This document shows, piece after piece, positions 1 to 9,223 of a stretch of DNA of 37,955 bases. Numbering within the stretch: position 1 is the stretch's first letter; the number at the start of each line of letters is the position of its first letter. The position numbers were made by a program, and so were the translations under genes. Location: the NCBI GenBank assembly GCA_031262245.1, contig JAISIJ010000212.1:1-37955 (forward strand). The letters run 5' to 3'. This stretch comes from Oscillospiraceae bacterium (GTDB lineage: Bacteria > Bacillota > Clostridia > Oscillospirales > Ruminococcaceae). The notes beneath the pieces are model-generated. The model was not told the DNA's origin and ran no database searches. It saw nothing but the letters and a program-made list of their open reading frames with translations.

Positions 1-1491
1 CTTAAGCTGAATGAACATCAAATTCGCCATATTAACAGGGATATTCAACATCAAGAAATGGAATCAGAGGACGATTCAGAGAGTATTATAATTGTTGAGA
101 GATATAATTATATTGATAAAATTGTAAAAGATTGTGTTAAAATTAAGAATAAAAAGCGAATTTCAACTTCCGATAGAATTGATAAAATCCTCACAAACAG
201 GATTTTGGCATTGCCGATTTTTGCCTTAATTATGTTCGGAGTGTATTATATTTCCGTTACAACCGTTGGTGCTTTTGTAACAGATTGGATGAACGAGGTG
301 CTTTTCGGGGATATTATTCCAACTGCTGTTGAAACATTTCTTGTAAATATTAATTGTGCCGCTTGGTTGCAAGACTTAATCCTCAACGGTATTATTGCGG
401 GTGTGGGTGCAGTTTTGGGATTTGTTCCTCAAATGTTTGTGCTTTTTGCCTTTCTTGCGTTTTTGGAAGCTTGCGGATATATGTCAAGAATTGCTTTTAT
501 TTTAGATAGAATTTTCCGAAAATTCGGGCTTTCGGGTAAGAGTTTTATTCCTATTCTAATCGGGACTGGCTGTGGTGTCCCGGGAATAATGTCCAGTCGA
601 ACAATTGAAAACGACCGTGACCGTAAAATTACTATTATTACCACAACATTTATTCCCTGTTCTGCAAAATTGCCGATTATTGCGTTGATTGCGGGTGCTT
701 TTTTCGATAATGCAGGTTGGGTGGCAACATCTGCATATTTTGCCGGCATTGCGGCGATAATCACTTCGGGGGTTATTCTTAAAAAAACAAGACTTTTTTC
801 AAGCGAAACTTCTCCCTTTATTATGGAATTGCCGCTGTATCATATGCCTACAGTATCCACTATTCTCCATAGTATGTGGGAACGTGGCTGGTCGTTTATT
901 AAGCGTGCGGGAACGGTTATTCTGCTCGCAACGGTTGTACTTTGGTTTTTGTCGGGATATGGTTTTGAAAACGGTGTGTTCACTGCTGTTGATATGAATA
1001 ATAGTCTTTTGGCAACAATAGGTAAAGGTGTTGCTTGGATTTTTGCTCCTTTGGGTTGGGGCGAGTGGCAAGCCGCAGTCGCCGCTTTCACGGGGCTTAT
1101 AGCAAAAGAAAATGTTGTTGCTACTTTCGGTATGTTATTTAATAATCCAACTGTTTCAGATGACGGAACGGAAATTTGGGGACTTTTAAGAAAAACATTT
1201 ACACCTTTTGCCGCTTATTCTTTCTTGCTCTTCAATCTCTTGTGTGCACCTTGTTTTGCGGCAATCGGAGCAATCAGACGGGAAATGAACAACGCAAAAT
1301 GGTTCTGGTTTGCTGTGGGATATCAAACAATTTTTGCATATGCTGTATCTTTTTGTATGTATCAATTTGCAATAGTTTTCGGCAACGGTTTCTCTTTCGG
1401 AACATTTTCAGCAATAATAACAGCTTTACTCTTCCTATATCTGTTATTGCGTTCGGGTAAAAAACATATTATAGCAACATTAAAAGCTTAA
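1..1491 (+). CDS. feoB: Ferrous iron transporter B, 5'-truncated by the window edge (frame open from base 1)
   Basis: Motifs SDRIDKILTNR, GYMSRIAFILDRIFRKFGLSGKSFIP, PCSAKLP, FIMELPLY, LIAKENVV, CAPCFAAIGAIRRE; N-terminal GTPase domain lies upstream of the window. Confidence 0.97.
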   Translation, partial: LKLNEHQIRHINRDIQHQEMESEDDSESIIIVERYNYIDKIVKDCVKIKNKKRISTSDRIDKILTNRILALPIFALIMFGVYYISVTTVGAFVTDWMNEVLFGDIIPTAVETFLVNINCAAWLQDLILNGIIAGVGAVLGFVPQMFVLFAFLAFLEACGYMSRIAFILDRIFRKFGLSGKSFIPILIGTGCGVPGIMSSRTIENDRDRKITIITTTFIPCSAKLPIIALIAGAFFDNAGWVATSAYFAGIAAIITSGVILKKTRLFSSETSPFIMELPLYHMPTVSTILHSMWERGWSFIKRAGTVILLATVVLWFLSGYGFENGVFTAVDMNNSLLATIGKGVAWIFAPLGWGEWQAAVAAFTGLIAKENVVATFGMLFNNPTVSDDGTEIWGLLRKTFTPFAAYSFLLFNLLCAPCFAAIGAIRREMNNAKWFWFAVGYQTIFAYAVSFCMYQFAIVFGNGFSFGTFSAIITALLFLYLLLRSGKKHIIATLKA

Positions 1492-1502
1492 GGAGGATTT
1501 TT

Positions 1503-1712
1503 ATGGGAACATTTTTCGTTGCCGCTATTTTGGCAATAATTATATTTTTGATTATTAAGAGTATTTATAAACAGAAGAAAAAAGGAAAATGTTTAGGTTG
1601 TTGTTCAGTATCTGATAGTACCTGCAACGGCTGCTCTCGAAGTTCCGTAGTTATTGTTGCAGTTGACACTTCAGTTGACATTACCCCCAATCGTATTCAA
1701 AATTATGATTAA
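1503..1712 (+). CDS. FeoB-associated Cys-rich membrane protein with a repeat-derived C-terminal extension
   Basis: AAGGAGG RBS; N-terminal TM helix, KKKGKCLGCC...CNGC; directly after feoB. Confidence 0.88.
   Translation: MGTFFVAAILAIIIFLIIKSIYKQKKKGKCLGCCSVSDSTCNGCSRSSVVIVAVDTSVDITPNRIQNYD
1634..1683 (+). repeat. Family A repeat, dispersed 50-bp copy inside the 3' end of the Cys-rich gene
   Basis: ctctcgaagttccgtagtt...gacacttcagttgacatta aligns without gaps to 7282-7331 (41/50 identical by hand count). Confidence 0.85.
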
Positions 1713-1801
1713 CCCTAAATATTGTGGTAGTTGAATAGTTTGAAAGTTTTCAAAACTTAAATCGTCGCTCAAAATAACAAATATCTATCCCAGTAAGCTT
1801 A

Positions 1802-1830
1802 GAAAAAAGCACCGAATAGGTGCTTTTTTC
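1802..1830. terminator. Bidirectional intrinsic terminator between convergent feo and mtnN units
   Basis: gaaaaaagcacc-gaata-ggtgcttttttc, perfect 12-bp inverted repeat with A- and T-tracts. Confidence 0.85.
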
Positions 1831-1859
1831 ATATCCAGTCAAACCAAAGCCTAAAAACC

Positions 1860-1920
1860 GCCAACTATGAAAAGAATTAGGGAACTTCGATAGGTGTGGT
1901 TTACAGGAACTATCAGAAAA
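1860..1920 (-). repeat. Family A repeat, inverted diverged copy overlapping the mtnN stop codon
   Basis: gccaactatgaaaagaattagggaacttcgataggtgtggtttacaggaactatcagaaaa resembles the reverse complement of 7164-7224 and 7421-7454. Confidence 0.75.
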
Positions 1921-2596
1921 ACGAAAGAACTATGGTGGCTACTTGTTTGGCAGCAATTTTTTCAAATTGGTCGAATGACATTGCGGCGGAATTGTCTGCG
2001 TTGTCGGAAATACAACGAATAGCAACGAATGGCATTTTATTGAGGAAACAACAATGTCCGACTGCGGCACTTTCCATATCAACAGCGTGGGGGTTGAATT
2101 TTTCGCAAATTTCTTTTTTGAGATTGGCATCTTCGAGGAAAATTTCGCCGGAAACTATTCGCCCGATATGAGATTTTACGTCTAATTCATTGCACACTTT
2201 TACAGCTTTTTGAACCAACTCTTTGTCTGTTTCAAAAACATCGTGATATGGAGGATAATTTCTCAAAAATTTCAAGTCAAGGTCGTGTGGGCAAACACTG
2301 TCGGCAATAACAATATCCGTAACGTGAACATCATTATTCATTCCTCCCGCAATACCGGCATTTATGATATATTCGGGAGAAAAACGGTCGATTAAAACCT
2401 GTGTACAAACTGCGGCATTTACCTTTGCAATACCACAGCAAACATTAACTGTTTTAACCTCGTTAACGCAGTTAATGTAAAACTTAAATCCGGAATATTC
2501 CTGTATCTCTGTTGTTCCCGAACCTAAAATCTCTCTTATATCGGCTAATTCAGAGGGCATTGCCCCGATTATGCCGACAACTTTTTTTTCAGCCAT
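1913..2596 (-). CDS. mtnN: 5'-methylthioadenosine/S-adenosylhomocysteine nucleosidase
   Basis: GIIGAMPSE, CGIAKVNAA, INAGIAGG, AVDMESAAVG, RCISDNAD motifs. Confidence 0.95.
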   Translation of the reverse strand: MAEKKVVGIIGAMPSELADIREILGSGTTEIQEYSGFKFYINCVNEVKTVNVCCGIAKVNAAVCTQVLIDRFSPEYIINAGIAGGMNNDVHVTDIVIADSVCPHDLDLKFLRNYPPYHDVFETDKELVQKAVKVCNELDVKSHIGRIVSGEIFLEDANLKKEICEKFNPHAVDMESAAVGHCCFLNKMPFVAIRCISDNADNSAAMSFDQFEKIAAKQVATIVLSFF

Positions 2597-3019
2597 TTAT
2601 ATCTCTCCTATATCCAGCAAACGAATATCATTGGATTTGAGAATTTCTATTGCTTTGAGATTATCTGTAACTCTCAAAACAATGCTTGCGAAATCATTTG
2701 AATGACTGTTAAAATCATACATATATTCGATGTTGATGTCATTTTTGGCAAGTAAATCTACAATTGCCGCTAAACACCCGGGTTCGTCACCTATACAAAC
2801 CGCAATTAAATCATTGACGGTTACGGTGCAATCCTCGTTTTTAAGTGCATTGTACGCGTTATCGGGGTTATCGGTTATCAATCGCAATATACCGAAATCG
2901 TGGGTATCGGCAATGGACAACGCTCTGATATTTATTTTTTTATCTTTCAAAATATTGAGTATTGCAGAAAGTCTGCCTGTTTTATTCTCAACAAAAACTG
3001 AAACTTGTTTAATTAACAT
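2597..3019 (-). CDS. Tandem ACT-domain protein of the type that accompanies paaK/ior
   Basis: MLIKQVSVFVENKTGRL...NIRALSIADTHDFGILRLI...DEPGCL...INIEYMY. Confidence 0.92.
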   Translation of the reverse strand: MLIKQVSVFVENKTGRLSAILNILKDKKINIRALSIADTHDFGILRLITDNPDNAYNALKNEDCTVTVNDLIAVCIGDEPGCLAAIVDLLAKNDINIEYMYDFNSHSNDFASIVLRVTDNLKAIEILKSNDIRLLDIGEI

Positions 3020-3677
3020 AATAGCCTCCTTGGTTTAATTTTTCTATTACTTTATCTGTAATTTCCCTTTTATGATAATTCTTCGTCGGGAACGTTAAAA
3101 GGGGAATTTGTGCTTTATAGCAGATATATGCTACTTTTTTATCTCTCAACTGTCGGTCGTAAGCATTATGTGTATAATCATTCAGCTCAATAAGTAACAA
3201 ACACTTAAAATTCGGATCAAACACACCGTAATCAATGGTTCTGAAGAGTTCGTTAACATACTTACGTCTGTAATCAATATTTCTTACAACCGAAGAAAGA
3301 GGAATTTGCGGAAAAACCTGAAGATTATAACTTTTTAATTCCTGTAAAACCTCGAAAACTTCTATCTCCGATGCAGTCATATAATTTTTGCTTTCATAAT
3401 GGAAATTTTCAAATTCAGGGGCAGGAATAGGTGGAGGAGGTTCTTTTTTAACAGGGATTAAAGGCTTAAAAGGGTCTGTTTTTTCCTCTGTTGAATGAGT
3501 TAATGGGGTATTGGCATCGTGATTTTTTTCATAATTCTTTTTAGTTTTACGGCTTTGTTTTCTCAGAGATTTATATTTTTTATCGCTATTAATTTCAATG
3601 AAAAAATTTATATAAACTATAACAACCCCTATAATAAGCCACATAAGCCCACTCAAAAGCCAAAACAAAAGCTCCAC
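3009..3677 (-). CDS. Membrane-anchored DUF2726-like (PD-(D/E)XK-type) protein; start moved to GTG at 3677
   Basis: GGAGGTGA RBS before the GTG; TM helix, Pro-rich linker, MTASE...VFPQIPL...IDYGVFD...LIELNDYTH...RDKKV...IPLL. Confidence 0.75.
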   Translation of the reverse strand: MELLFWLLSGLMWLIIGVVIVYINFFIEINSDKKYKSLRKQSRKTKKNYEKNHDANTPLTHSTEEKTDPFKPLIPVKKEPPPPIPAPEFENFHYESKNYMTASEIEVFEVLQELKSYNLQVFPQIPLSSVVRNIDYRRKYVNELFRTIDYGVFDPNFKCLLLIELNDYTHNAYDRQLRDKKVAYICYKAQIPLLTFPTKNYHKREITDKVIEKLNQGGYYVN

Positions 3678-3715
3678 GCCCTCACCTCCTTGCAACTCAC
3701 AGCTTAAAAACTTTG

Positions 3716-3844
3716 TTATTTCTCGTCATCTTTATGCTTACGTTTATAATCCGCACCCAACCAAAAAGCAATAATTAAGCTTATCGCTCCGATTATTAAC
3801 GCACTTATGCCAACCAGTTTAAAGTCTACATAAAAATCTAACAT
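3716..3844 (-). CDS. 42-aa single-TM small protein missing from the ORF track (MLDFYVDFKLVGISALIIGAISLIIAFWLGADYKRKHKDDEK)
   Basis: Translated by hand; ATG 3 nt after the upstream stop, AGAAAGGT RBS, hydrophobic helix then basic tail; fills the gap between neighbours. Confidence 0.7.
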   Translation of the reverse strand: MLDFYVDFKLVGISALIIGAISLIIAFWLGADYKRKHKDDEK

Positions 3845-3847
3845 TGC

Positions 3848-5002
3848 TTAACCTTTCTTAGGCATTTTATTGTCATAAATCCAATTGTAGAAATTGAGGT
3901 AAGCAAGGGGAATTTGAGGTCCGTTATAGATATTCTGCAACGCAACGCAAGTACTGAATGAAGGGTAAGAATTAGCTTCAAATATTACAAATTTATAACC
4001 TTTGTCGTTGTCTGCTCTGAGAATACCGATATCTAAACCAATATCAAAAATTATTCCTTCTCTTGCATTTTTTTGCAATATCTCGACAAGTCTTGTGCCT
4101 GTTTCTTCAAGGTCTTTTAACATTGCTTTGGCTTTGGCTTTAGGGCTTAGGGGGTCAATTGTGCCGAATTCCTGTTCTAAAAATGTGAGAATTGGGAGAG
4201 AATATCCCCCTGTGTGGATATTACTACGCATACCGTTTTTGTTTCCGATTCTGGGGAAAACCTGCATAGCATAATTACTGCCGCCTCTTTTTTTAACAAC
4301 CCTTACACGCACATCAAAAGGCTCGTCATTAGAAGTTCTGCATTTGATATAAGGCTGAACGATAATACGATTTTTGAATTCCTTGAAATACTGTCCCAAA
4401 AAGCTCTCTAAAGTCATATCGGGGTCGCCCAAACATTCCTCGGCGGTGTCTTGATTTTCAACAACAGCACTGCGGCTTTTAAAGAAAAAGTCAGTATTTT
4501 CGGTGTTAAGAACATATTTTTTGCCTTTGACATTTATTCTTATAACCCCTTCGCCGTTAGAATCGCCGATAGGTTTTAAAACAATATCCGGGGTGTGTTT
4601 CAGAACGTCAAATACCTGTTCGGATTTATTTAAACTATCGGTTTTAATAATATTATCTGCAAACTCCGTATTAGACAATATGTCGTGGGTTTTCTGTTTA
4701 TTCATACGGGGTCTTCTGTAAATACAATAATCCGTTGCGGCAACAAGACGTTTGTCAATCAAACCTTCATACCAAGTTTCAATCATCGGAGGAATGGGTA
4801 CTATTTTTCTGCAAAACTTACGGTGTTCAAAGAATTGCCCGTTAATAGTTCCCTGTTCATAGTTTACATCGTCAGGTGTAAACAGAAACACGTCAAGGTC
4901 AAATGCCTGACACATAAATAATAACAAAAAATGAGGGTCACGAGGGGAGTTTTTCCAAGAGGGTAATTTTTTTACCATTTTACCCACAACACGTCTTTCC
5001 AT
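3848..5002 (-). CDS. YheC/YheD-like ATP-grasp protein
   Basis: VLKPIGDSNGEGV, IIVQPYI, PFDVRVRV, SNIHTGG, IGLDIGI, IFEANSYP. Confidence 0.8.
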   Translation of the reverse strand: MERRVVGKMVKKLPSWKNSPRDPHFLLLFMCQAFDLDVFLFTPDDVNYEQGTINGQFFEHRKFCRKIVPIPPMIETWYEGLIDKRLVAATDYCIYRRPRMNKQKTHDILSNTEFADNIIKTDSLNKSEQVFDVLKHTPDIVLKPIGDSNGEGVIRINVKGKKYVLNTENTDFFFKSRSAVVENQDTAEECLGDPDMTLESFLGQYFKEFKNRIIVQPYIKCRTSNDEPFDVRVRVVKKRGGSNYAMQVFPRIGNKNGMRSNIHTGGYSLPILTFLEQEFGTIDPLSPKAKAKAMLKDLEETGTRLVEILQKNAREGIIFDIGLDIGILRADNDKGYKFVIFEANSYPSFSTCVALQNIYNGPQIPLAYLNFYNWIYDNKMPKKG

Positions 5003-5035
5003 AATTTCAAATCCTTTATTTTTACGTTTTTAACT

Positions 5036-5824
5036 TTATATTTTAATACTGATTTCTCTGCTTTTCAGCTTATATTCTCCCTTTAAAAGCATATTTTCAA
5101 AAAAATGTTCCAAGGGCGAAAAATCTGCAATTATGCCTTTTTTGCGGTTATTATAATTTGCTCTAACCAAACTGTTGCGAAAATACAGCGAGTTTTTCTC
5201 AAAAATGTCATTCTCAACATCATATCCGAAAACTCTTAAATACTTTACGGTGAACACGGCAATTGTTCGGGTGTTACCCTCTCTGAAAGGGTGAATTTGC
5301 CACAAATCAGATATAAACCTTGCTATGTGCATAATGGTTTGCTTTTCGTCTAAAGAGTGATAATCAAAAGCTTTCTCTTTCTCAAAATCATACTCCAACG
5401 ACTGCATTATCGTATAAAAATCACCGTATATAACACTTTCACCGTTTAAAACCCATTCTTCTTTTGAGAGATTGCAGTCACGTATTTTCCCTGCAAAAGG
5501 AAAAACATCACAAAAAAGCTGTTTGTGGATTGAGAGTAACTCAAAAGGCGAGAGTTTAAAAGTATTATTTGCCAAAACTTTAACAATATTAAGAGAAACC
5601 GTATCAGCCTCTTGTGTTATTTTGGGTTTATTCTCATAATAAGTCGCTATCCGCTTTGAAACTTCGTCAAGGGAAATTTCCCCTTTGATATTTGCATTTG
5701 CTGTTTCAATGAGATAGTCAGACGGTGTCAGATTATCAACCTGTTGCAAACCTATTGCCGTTTTCCAATAATAACTGCGTTGTTTATATTGCGGTTCTAT
5801 TTGGATAATATATCCGTTATCCAT
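5036..5824 (-). CDS. Fic-domain protein with N-terminal VbhA-like helix; probable start ATG at 5824
   Basis: HPFREGNTRT Fic motif; N-terminal WKTAIGLQQVDNLTPS. Confidence 0.9.
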   Translation of the reverse strand: MDNGYIIQIEPQYKQRSYYWKTAIGLQQVDNLTPSDYLIETANANIKGEISLDEVSKRIATYYENKPKITQEADTVSLNIVKVLANNTFKLSPFELLSIHKQLFCDVFPFAGKIRDCNLSKEEWVLNGESVIYGDFYTIMQSLEYDFEKEKAFDYHSLDEKQTIMHIARFISDLWQIHPFREGNTRTIAVFTVKYLRVFGYDVENDIFEKNSLYFRNSLVRANYNNRKKGIIADFSPLEHFFENMLLKGEYKLKSREISIKI

Positions 5825-5825
5825 A

Positions 5826-7130
5826 TCAGTGCAATTTCCGTTTATCAATAACTCTTACTGCTTTACCCTCGGAACGTGGTATTGTCTTAGGTTCAACAAG
5901 GTGAATTTTTGCGGATATACCTAAAGTTGAGAGTACTTGCCCTGCAATCTTCTTCTCCTGTGTTTCAAGAGAAGATACAACGTCGCTGAACATATCTGCG
6001 GAAATCTCAACATTAATATCAAGGGTATCTGTATTATTAACCCTGTCAACAATAATCTGATAGTGAGGATTGGTATTGCCCAAATTAAGGAGAACACTTT
6101 CAATCTGTGAAGGGAATACATTAACACCTCTAATAATAAGCATATCGTCGGAACGTCCCATAGGTTTAAGCATTTTAACAAGTGTTCTGCCGCAAGAACA
6201 TTTCTCACGTTTCAAAACACCTATATCACGAGTACGATAACGCAAAAGAGGAAAGGCATCTTTTGTAATACAAGTAAAGACTAACTCTCCCTGTTCGCCC
6301 TCAGGTAAAACTTTACCTGTGTCGGGGTCGATAGTTTCAACTATAAAATGGTCCTCGTTAATGTGCATACCGCTTTGTTCCGTACATTCAAAAGACACAC
6401 CCGGACCCATAATCTCAGTTAATCCGTAAATATCAAGAGCTTTACAGCCTAATTTATCCTCAATCTCTCTTCGCATTTCCTCTGTCCAAGGTTCTGCTCC
6501 GAAAAGACCCGCTTTCAAACCTATATCGTCTTTTGTAACACCCATTTCTTTCATAGTTTCCGCAATAAACAAAGCGTATGAGGGCGTACAACAGATATAA
6601 GTTGAGCCGAAATCTTTAATAATATTAACTTGACGTTGGGTATTGCCTGTTGAAACAGGAATAATAGTCATTCCGATTTTTTCCGCTCCGTGGTGAACAC
6701 CGAAACCGCCGGTAAACAAACCATAACCATAAGAAACGTGCATAAAATCTGACTTTGTCGCACCCGCCGCCGTCAATGCTCTTGCACAGCAATCACCCCA
6801 AATCCCTATATCATTTTGGGTATATCCCGCAACAACCTGTTTCCCTGTTGTTCCGCTTGAAGCGTGCAAGCGAATAACCTCATCCATAGGCACGGCAAAC
6901 AATCCGTAAGGATAAGTATCACGCAAGTCTTGTTTGGTCAAAAGCGGTAATTTATATAAATCCTCATATGTCTTTATATCTCCCGGTTCAACCCCCAACT
7001 CTTTCATCTTATCCTGTTCATACTTAACATTCTTATAAACCCTCTCAACCGTTTCCCTTAATCTCTCGTTTTGTAATGTACGCAATTCGTCTATTGACAT
7101 ACATTCTAAATTTTCCTGCCAATACCCCAT
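5826..7130 (-). CDS. paaK: Phenylacetate--CoA ligase family protein (copy 1)
   Basis: RLHASSGTTG, YGLFTGG, DIYGLTEIMGPG, RYRTRD, GRSDDMLIIRGVNVFPSQIE, GKAVRVID. Confidence 0.95.
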   Translation of the reverse strand: MGYWQENLECMSIDELRTLQNERLRETVERVYKNVKYEQDKMKELGVEPGDIKTYEDLYKLPLLTKQDLRDTYPYGLFAVPMDEVIRLHASSGTTGKQVVAGYTQNDIGIWGDCCARALTAAGATKSDFMHVSYGYGLFTGGFGVHHGAEKIGMTIIPVSTGNTQRQVNIIKDFGSTYICCTPSYALFIAETMKEMGVTKDDIGLKAGLFGAEPWTEEMRREIEDKLGCKALDIYGLTEIMGPGVSFECTEQSGMHINEDHFIVETIDPDTGKVLPEGEQGELVFTCITKDAFPLLRYRTRDIGVLKREKCSCGRTLVKMLKPMGRSDDMLIIRGVNVFPSQIESVLLNLGNTNPHYQIIVDRVNNTDTLDINVEISADMFSDVVSSLETQEKKIAGQVLSTLGISAKIHLVEPKTIPRSEGKAVRVIDKRKLH

Positions 7131-7163
7131 TTTCTTTTTTCCTTTCTTTTTTCTTTTTTTACT

Positions 7164-7503
7164 TTTCTATTGTTTCCTGTGAAACACACCTCTCGAAGTT
7201 CTCTACCTGTTTTAATAGTTGTCACTTCAGCTGACATTAGTTTCACTATTTTATTTTTCTATTCTTTTCAGAGTTTTACAACTCTCGAATTTCCGTAGTT
7301 GTCCCTATAGTTGGCACTTCAGTTGACGTTAGTTTCACTATTTTATTTTTCTACTCTTTTCAGAGTTTCACACCTCTCGAAGTTCTTTTTTTCTTTTCTA
7401 TTAGTTTTAGAAATTTACGTCTCTCGAAGTTCTCTACCTGTTTTAATAGTTGGCACTTCAGTTGACATTAGTTTCACTATTTTATTTTTCTATTAGTTTC
7501 ACT
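7164..7503. repeat. Family A tandem array, ~92-bp unit; copies start at 7190, 7282, 7374 (truncated) and 7421
   Basis: Recurring ctctcgaagtt...atagttg(g/t)cacttcag(t/c)tgac(a/g)ttagtttcactattttatttttcta. Confidence 0.93.
7171..7186. promoter_or_regulatory. Degenerate parS-like site
   Basis: TGTTTCCTGTGAAACA, 14/16 match to TGTTTCACGTGAAACA. Confidence 0.45.
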
Positions 7504-7603
7504 GTTTTTTTTATTCCTCGGGGTCAACTACAAGGTAAGTTTCCAACGCCTTATAACCACAATAAATCCACCCTACAACCCGCAAAAGCCCCCTAAAATT
7601 AAG

Positions 7604-8593
7604 CTATTCTTCAGGAGTGTTAGGAATATCTGCAGGCATTGCCTGCCCATAGATAATTGTTTCCATTTTTTCTAAATCGTATTCCGTATATTCTAAGATA
7701 TAAACATTATCCCCTGTTGTTTGGGAAATATCAAAACCTAAGGTAATATCATAGCTTAAATCAGGGGAAAGGGTTTGTTTTTTAAGCATATAATTCCCGT
7801 CATTGATACAATTAATCATTTCACCGTTATAAGCTACCCAGTCTTTATTGGAAATATCCAACTTTTCTCCTGTTGAAGAATCTGTAAGGATAGTCATATT
7901 AACCTTAAGTATATTGCCTTTTATTTCAGAGGAGTTAACGGTAAACGTAAAAAATTTTGTACGAACAACTTCATTGGGTTTTGAATATTTATATTCAAAA
8001 TATGATGAGTTTTTCCTTACTTCGCTTAATCTTTCTAATTTATCCTGTAAGTCCACAGACAACACAACAGTATAAGTGTTTCCTGTTTTTGTAACACCGT
8101 TTGAAATCAAAAGTTCTGTATATTCAAGTGCAAAATCTGTTTGACCGTAAGGCACTCTGAAAAACAAATCACCCTCAATCTGCCCCTTTACCGCCAATTG
8201 ATAGTTAACAGGGAATTGGTTCGGGGTAATATCCGCAAGGGGTTTAACAGTTTCTCTGCCTGTGTTCAACACAAAATCACCGGCACTTACAGGAATACTG
8301 TCGCCGATTTTATTTGTTACGGTAATATTAATCCTTAACAGCGAAAAGCTTGTGTTTTCGGGGATTTTGCCGTTAATATCATAATGCAAATCAATCTCAT
8401 TGACTTTATATTTAATAAAATCATTCTCCATAAGGGAGCCTATTCCCCCCACAAGTGAATATTGTGTGTAAACAGCCCCTAATTGCGGAGGCGGATGGGT
8501 TTGGGAAACAGTTGCAGTACCGTCATAATCGGGCATACTGCAAGCTGTTAAAAGTAACATAATCATTGAAAATACTGCGATAATTTTATGCAC
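7604..8593 (-). CDS. Lipoprotein with DUF4352-like Ig-fold domain(s)
   Basis: Lipobox LLTAC; INITVTNK...DFVL...GDLFFRVP pattern; a second similar beta-rich half. Confidence 0.65.
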   Translation of the reverse strand: MHKIIAVFSMIMLLLTACSMPDYDGTATVSQTHPPPQLGAVYTQYSLVGGIGSLMENDFIKYKVNEIDLHYDINGKIPENTSFSLLRINITVTNKIGDSIPVSAGDFVLNTGRETVKPLADITPNQFPVNYQLAVKGQIEGDLFFRVPYGQTDFALEYTELLISNGVTKTGNTYTVVLSVDLQDKLERLSEVRKNSSYFEYKYSKPNEVVRTKFFTFTVNSSEIKGNILKVNMTILTDSSTGEKLDISNKDWVAYNGEMINCINDGNYMLKKQTLSPDLSYDITLGFDISQTTGDNVYILEYTEYDLEKMETIIYGQAMPADIPNTPEE

Positions 8594-9194
8594 AAATACT
8601 ACTTCCTAAGTCAAAGGCTTTTAAATTAAGTTCAATAAATTTTTCGGGAACAGATTTTTTAATATGTTCTTTCCAAACATCAGCGGAAATATCGGAAACT
8701 TTTGAAAAAGCACCTAATAATACTATATTTGCCGCCTTGGGTGAACCTGCTTTTAAAGCAAGGTCAACAGCGTCTATAAAAGTAACATTAAACTTTTCAA
8801 GGAGCTTTTCGATATTTTCGGGGTATTCGGCATTGCCTGTTATAACAGGCATAGGGTCGATTTTCTGTGTTGAGATAAGCATTTTCCCATTTGGTTTAAG
8901 ATATTCGGTATATCTCAAAGCCTCCAACTGTTCAAATGATATAATAACATCAGCCTCGCCTTTGTCAATTATAGGAGAATAAACTTTCTCTCCGAATTTA
9001 ACATAAGTCACCACAGAACCGCCTCTTTGTGACATTCCGTGTACTTCGCTTACTTTAACATCATAACCCTCTTCGGAAAGCACTTTACCCAATATTTTAC
9101 TTGCAAGCAAAGTCCCCTGTCCGCCCACACCCACAATCATCAAATTACAAGTGCCGATATTCTCACGTTCTATTTTATTCAATTCTTTATTCAA
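8586..9194 (-). CDS. iorB: Indolepyruvate:ferredoxin oxidoreductase beta subunit (start uncertain)
   Basis: GVGGQGTLLAS, SEVHGMSQRGGSV, NIVLLGA, NLKAFDLG. Confidence 0.95.
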   Translation of the reverse strand: MNKELNKIERENIGTCNLMIVGVGGQGTLLASKILGKVLSEEGYDVKVSEVHGMSQRGGSVVTYVKFGEKVYSPIIDKGEADVIISFEQLEALRYTEYLKPNGKMLISTQKIDPMPVITGNAEYPENIEKLLEKFNVTFIDAVDLALKAGSPKAANIVLLGAFSKVSDISADVWKEHIKKSVPEKFIELNLKAFDLGSSICA

Positions 9195-9223
9195 CTCCGA
9201 ATTTTAATATTTTTAAATACCTA

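Noticed and set aside
7311-7496. 61-aa plus-strand ORF
   Set aside because: Lies wholly inside the family A array, antisense to the operon.
7164-7503. CRISPR array
   Set aside because: Unit is about 92 bp and degenerate; the variable part is short and recurs in units 1 and 4.
7510-7600. GTAG-type REP or IS200/IS605 end remnant (gtagggtggattta, gtcaactac)
   Set aside because: No accompanying palindrome or second copy in the window.
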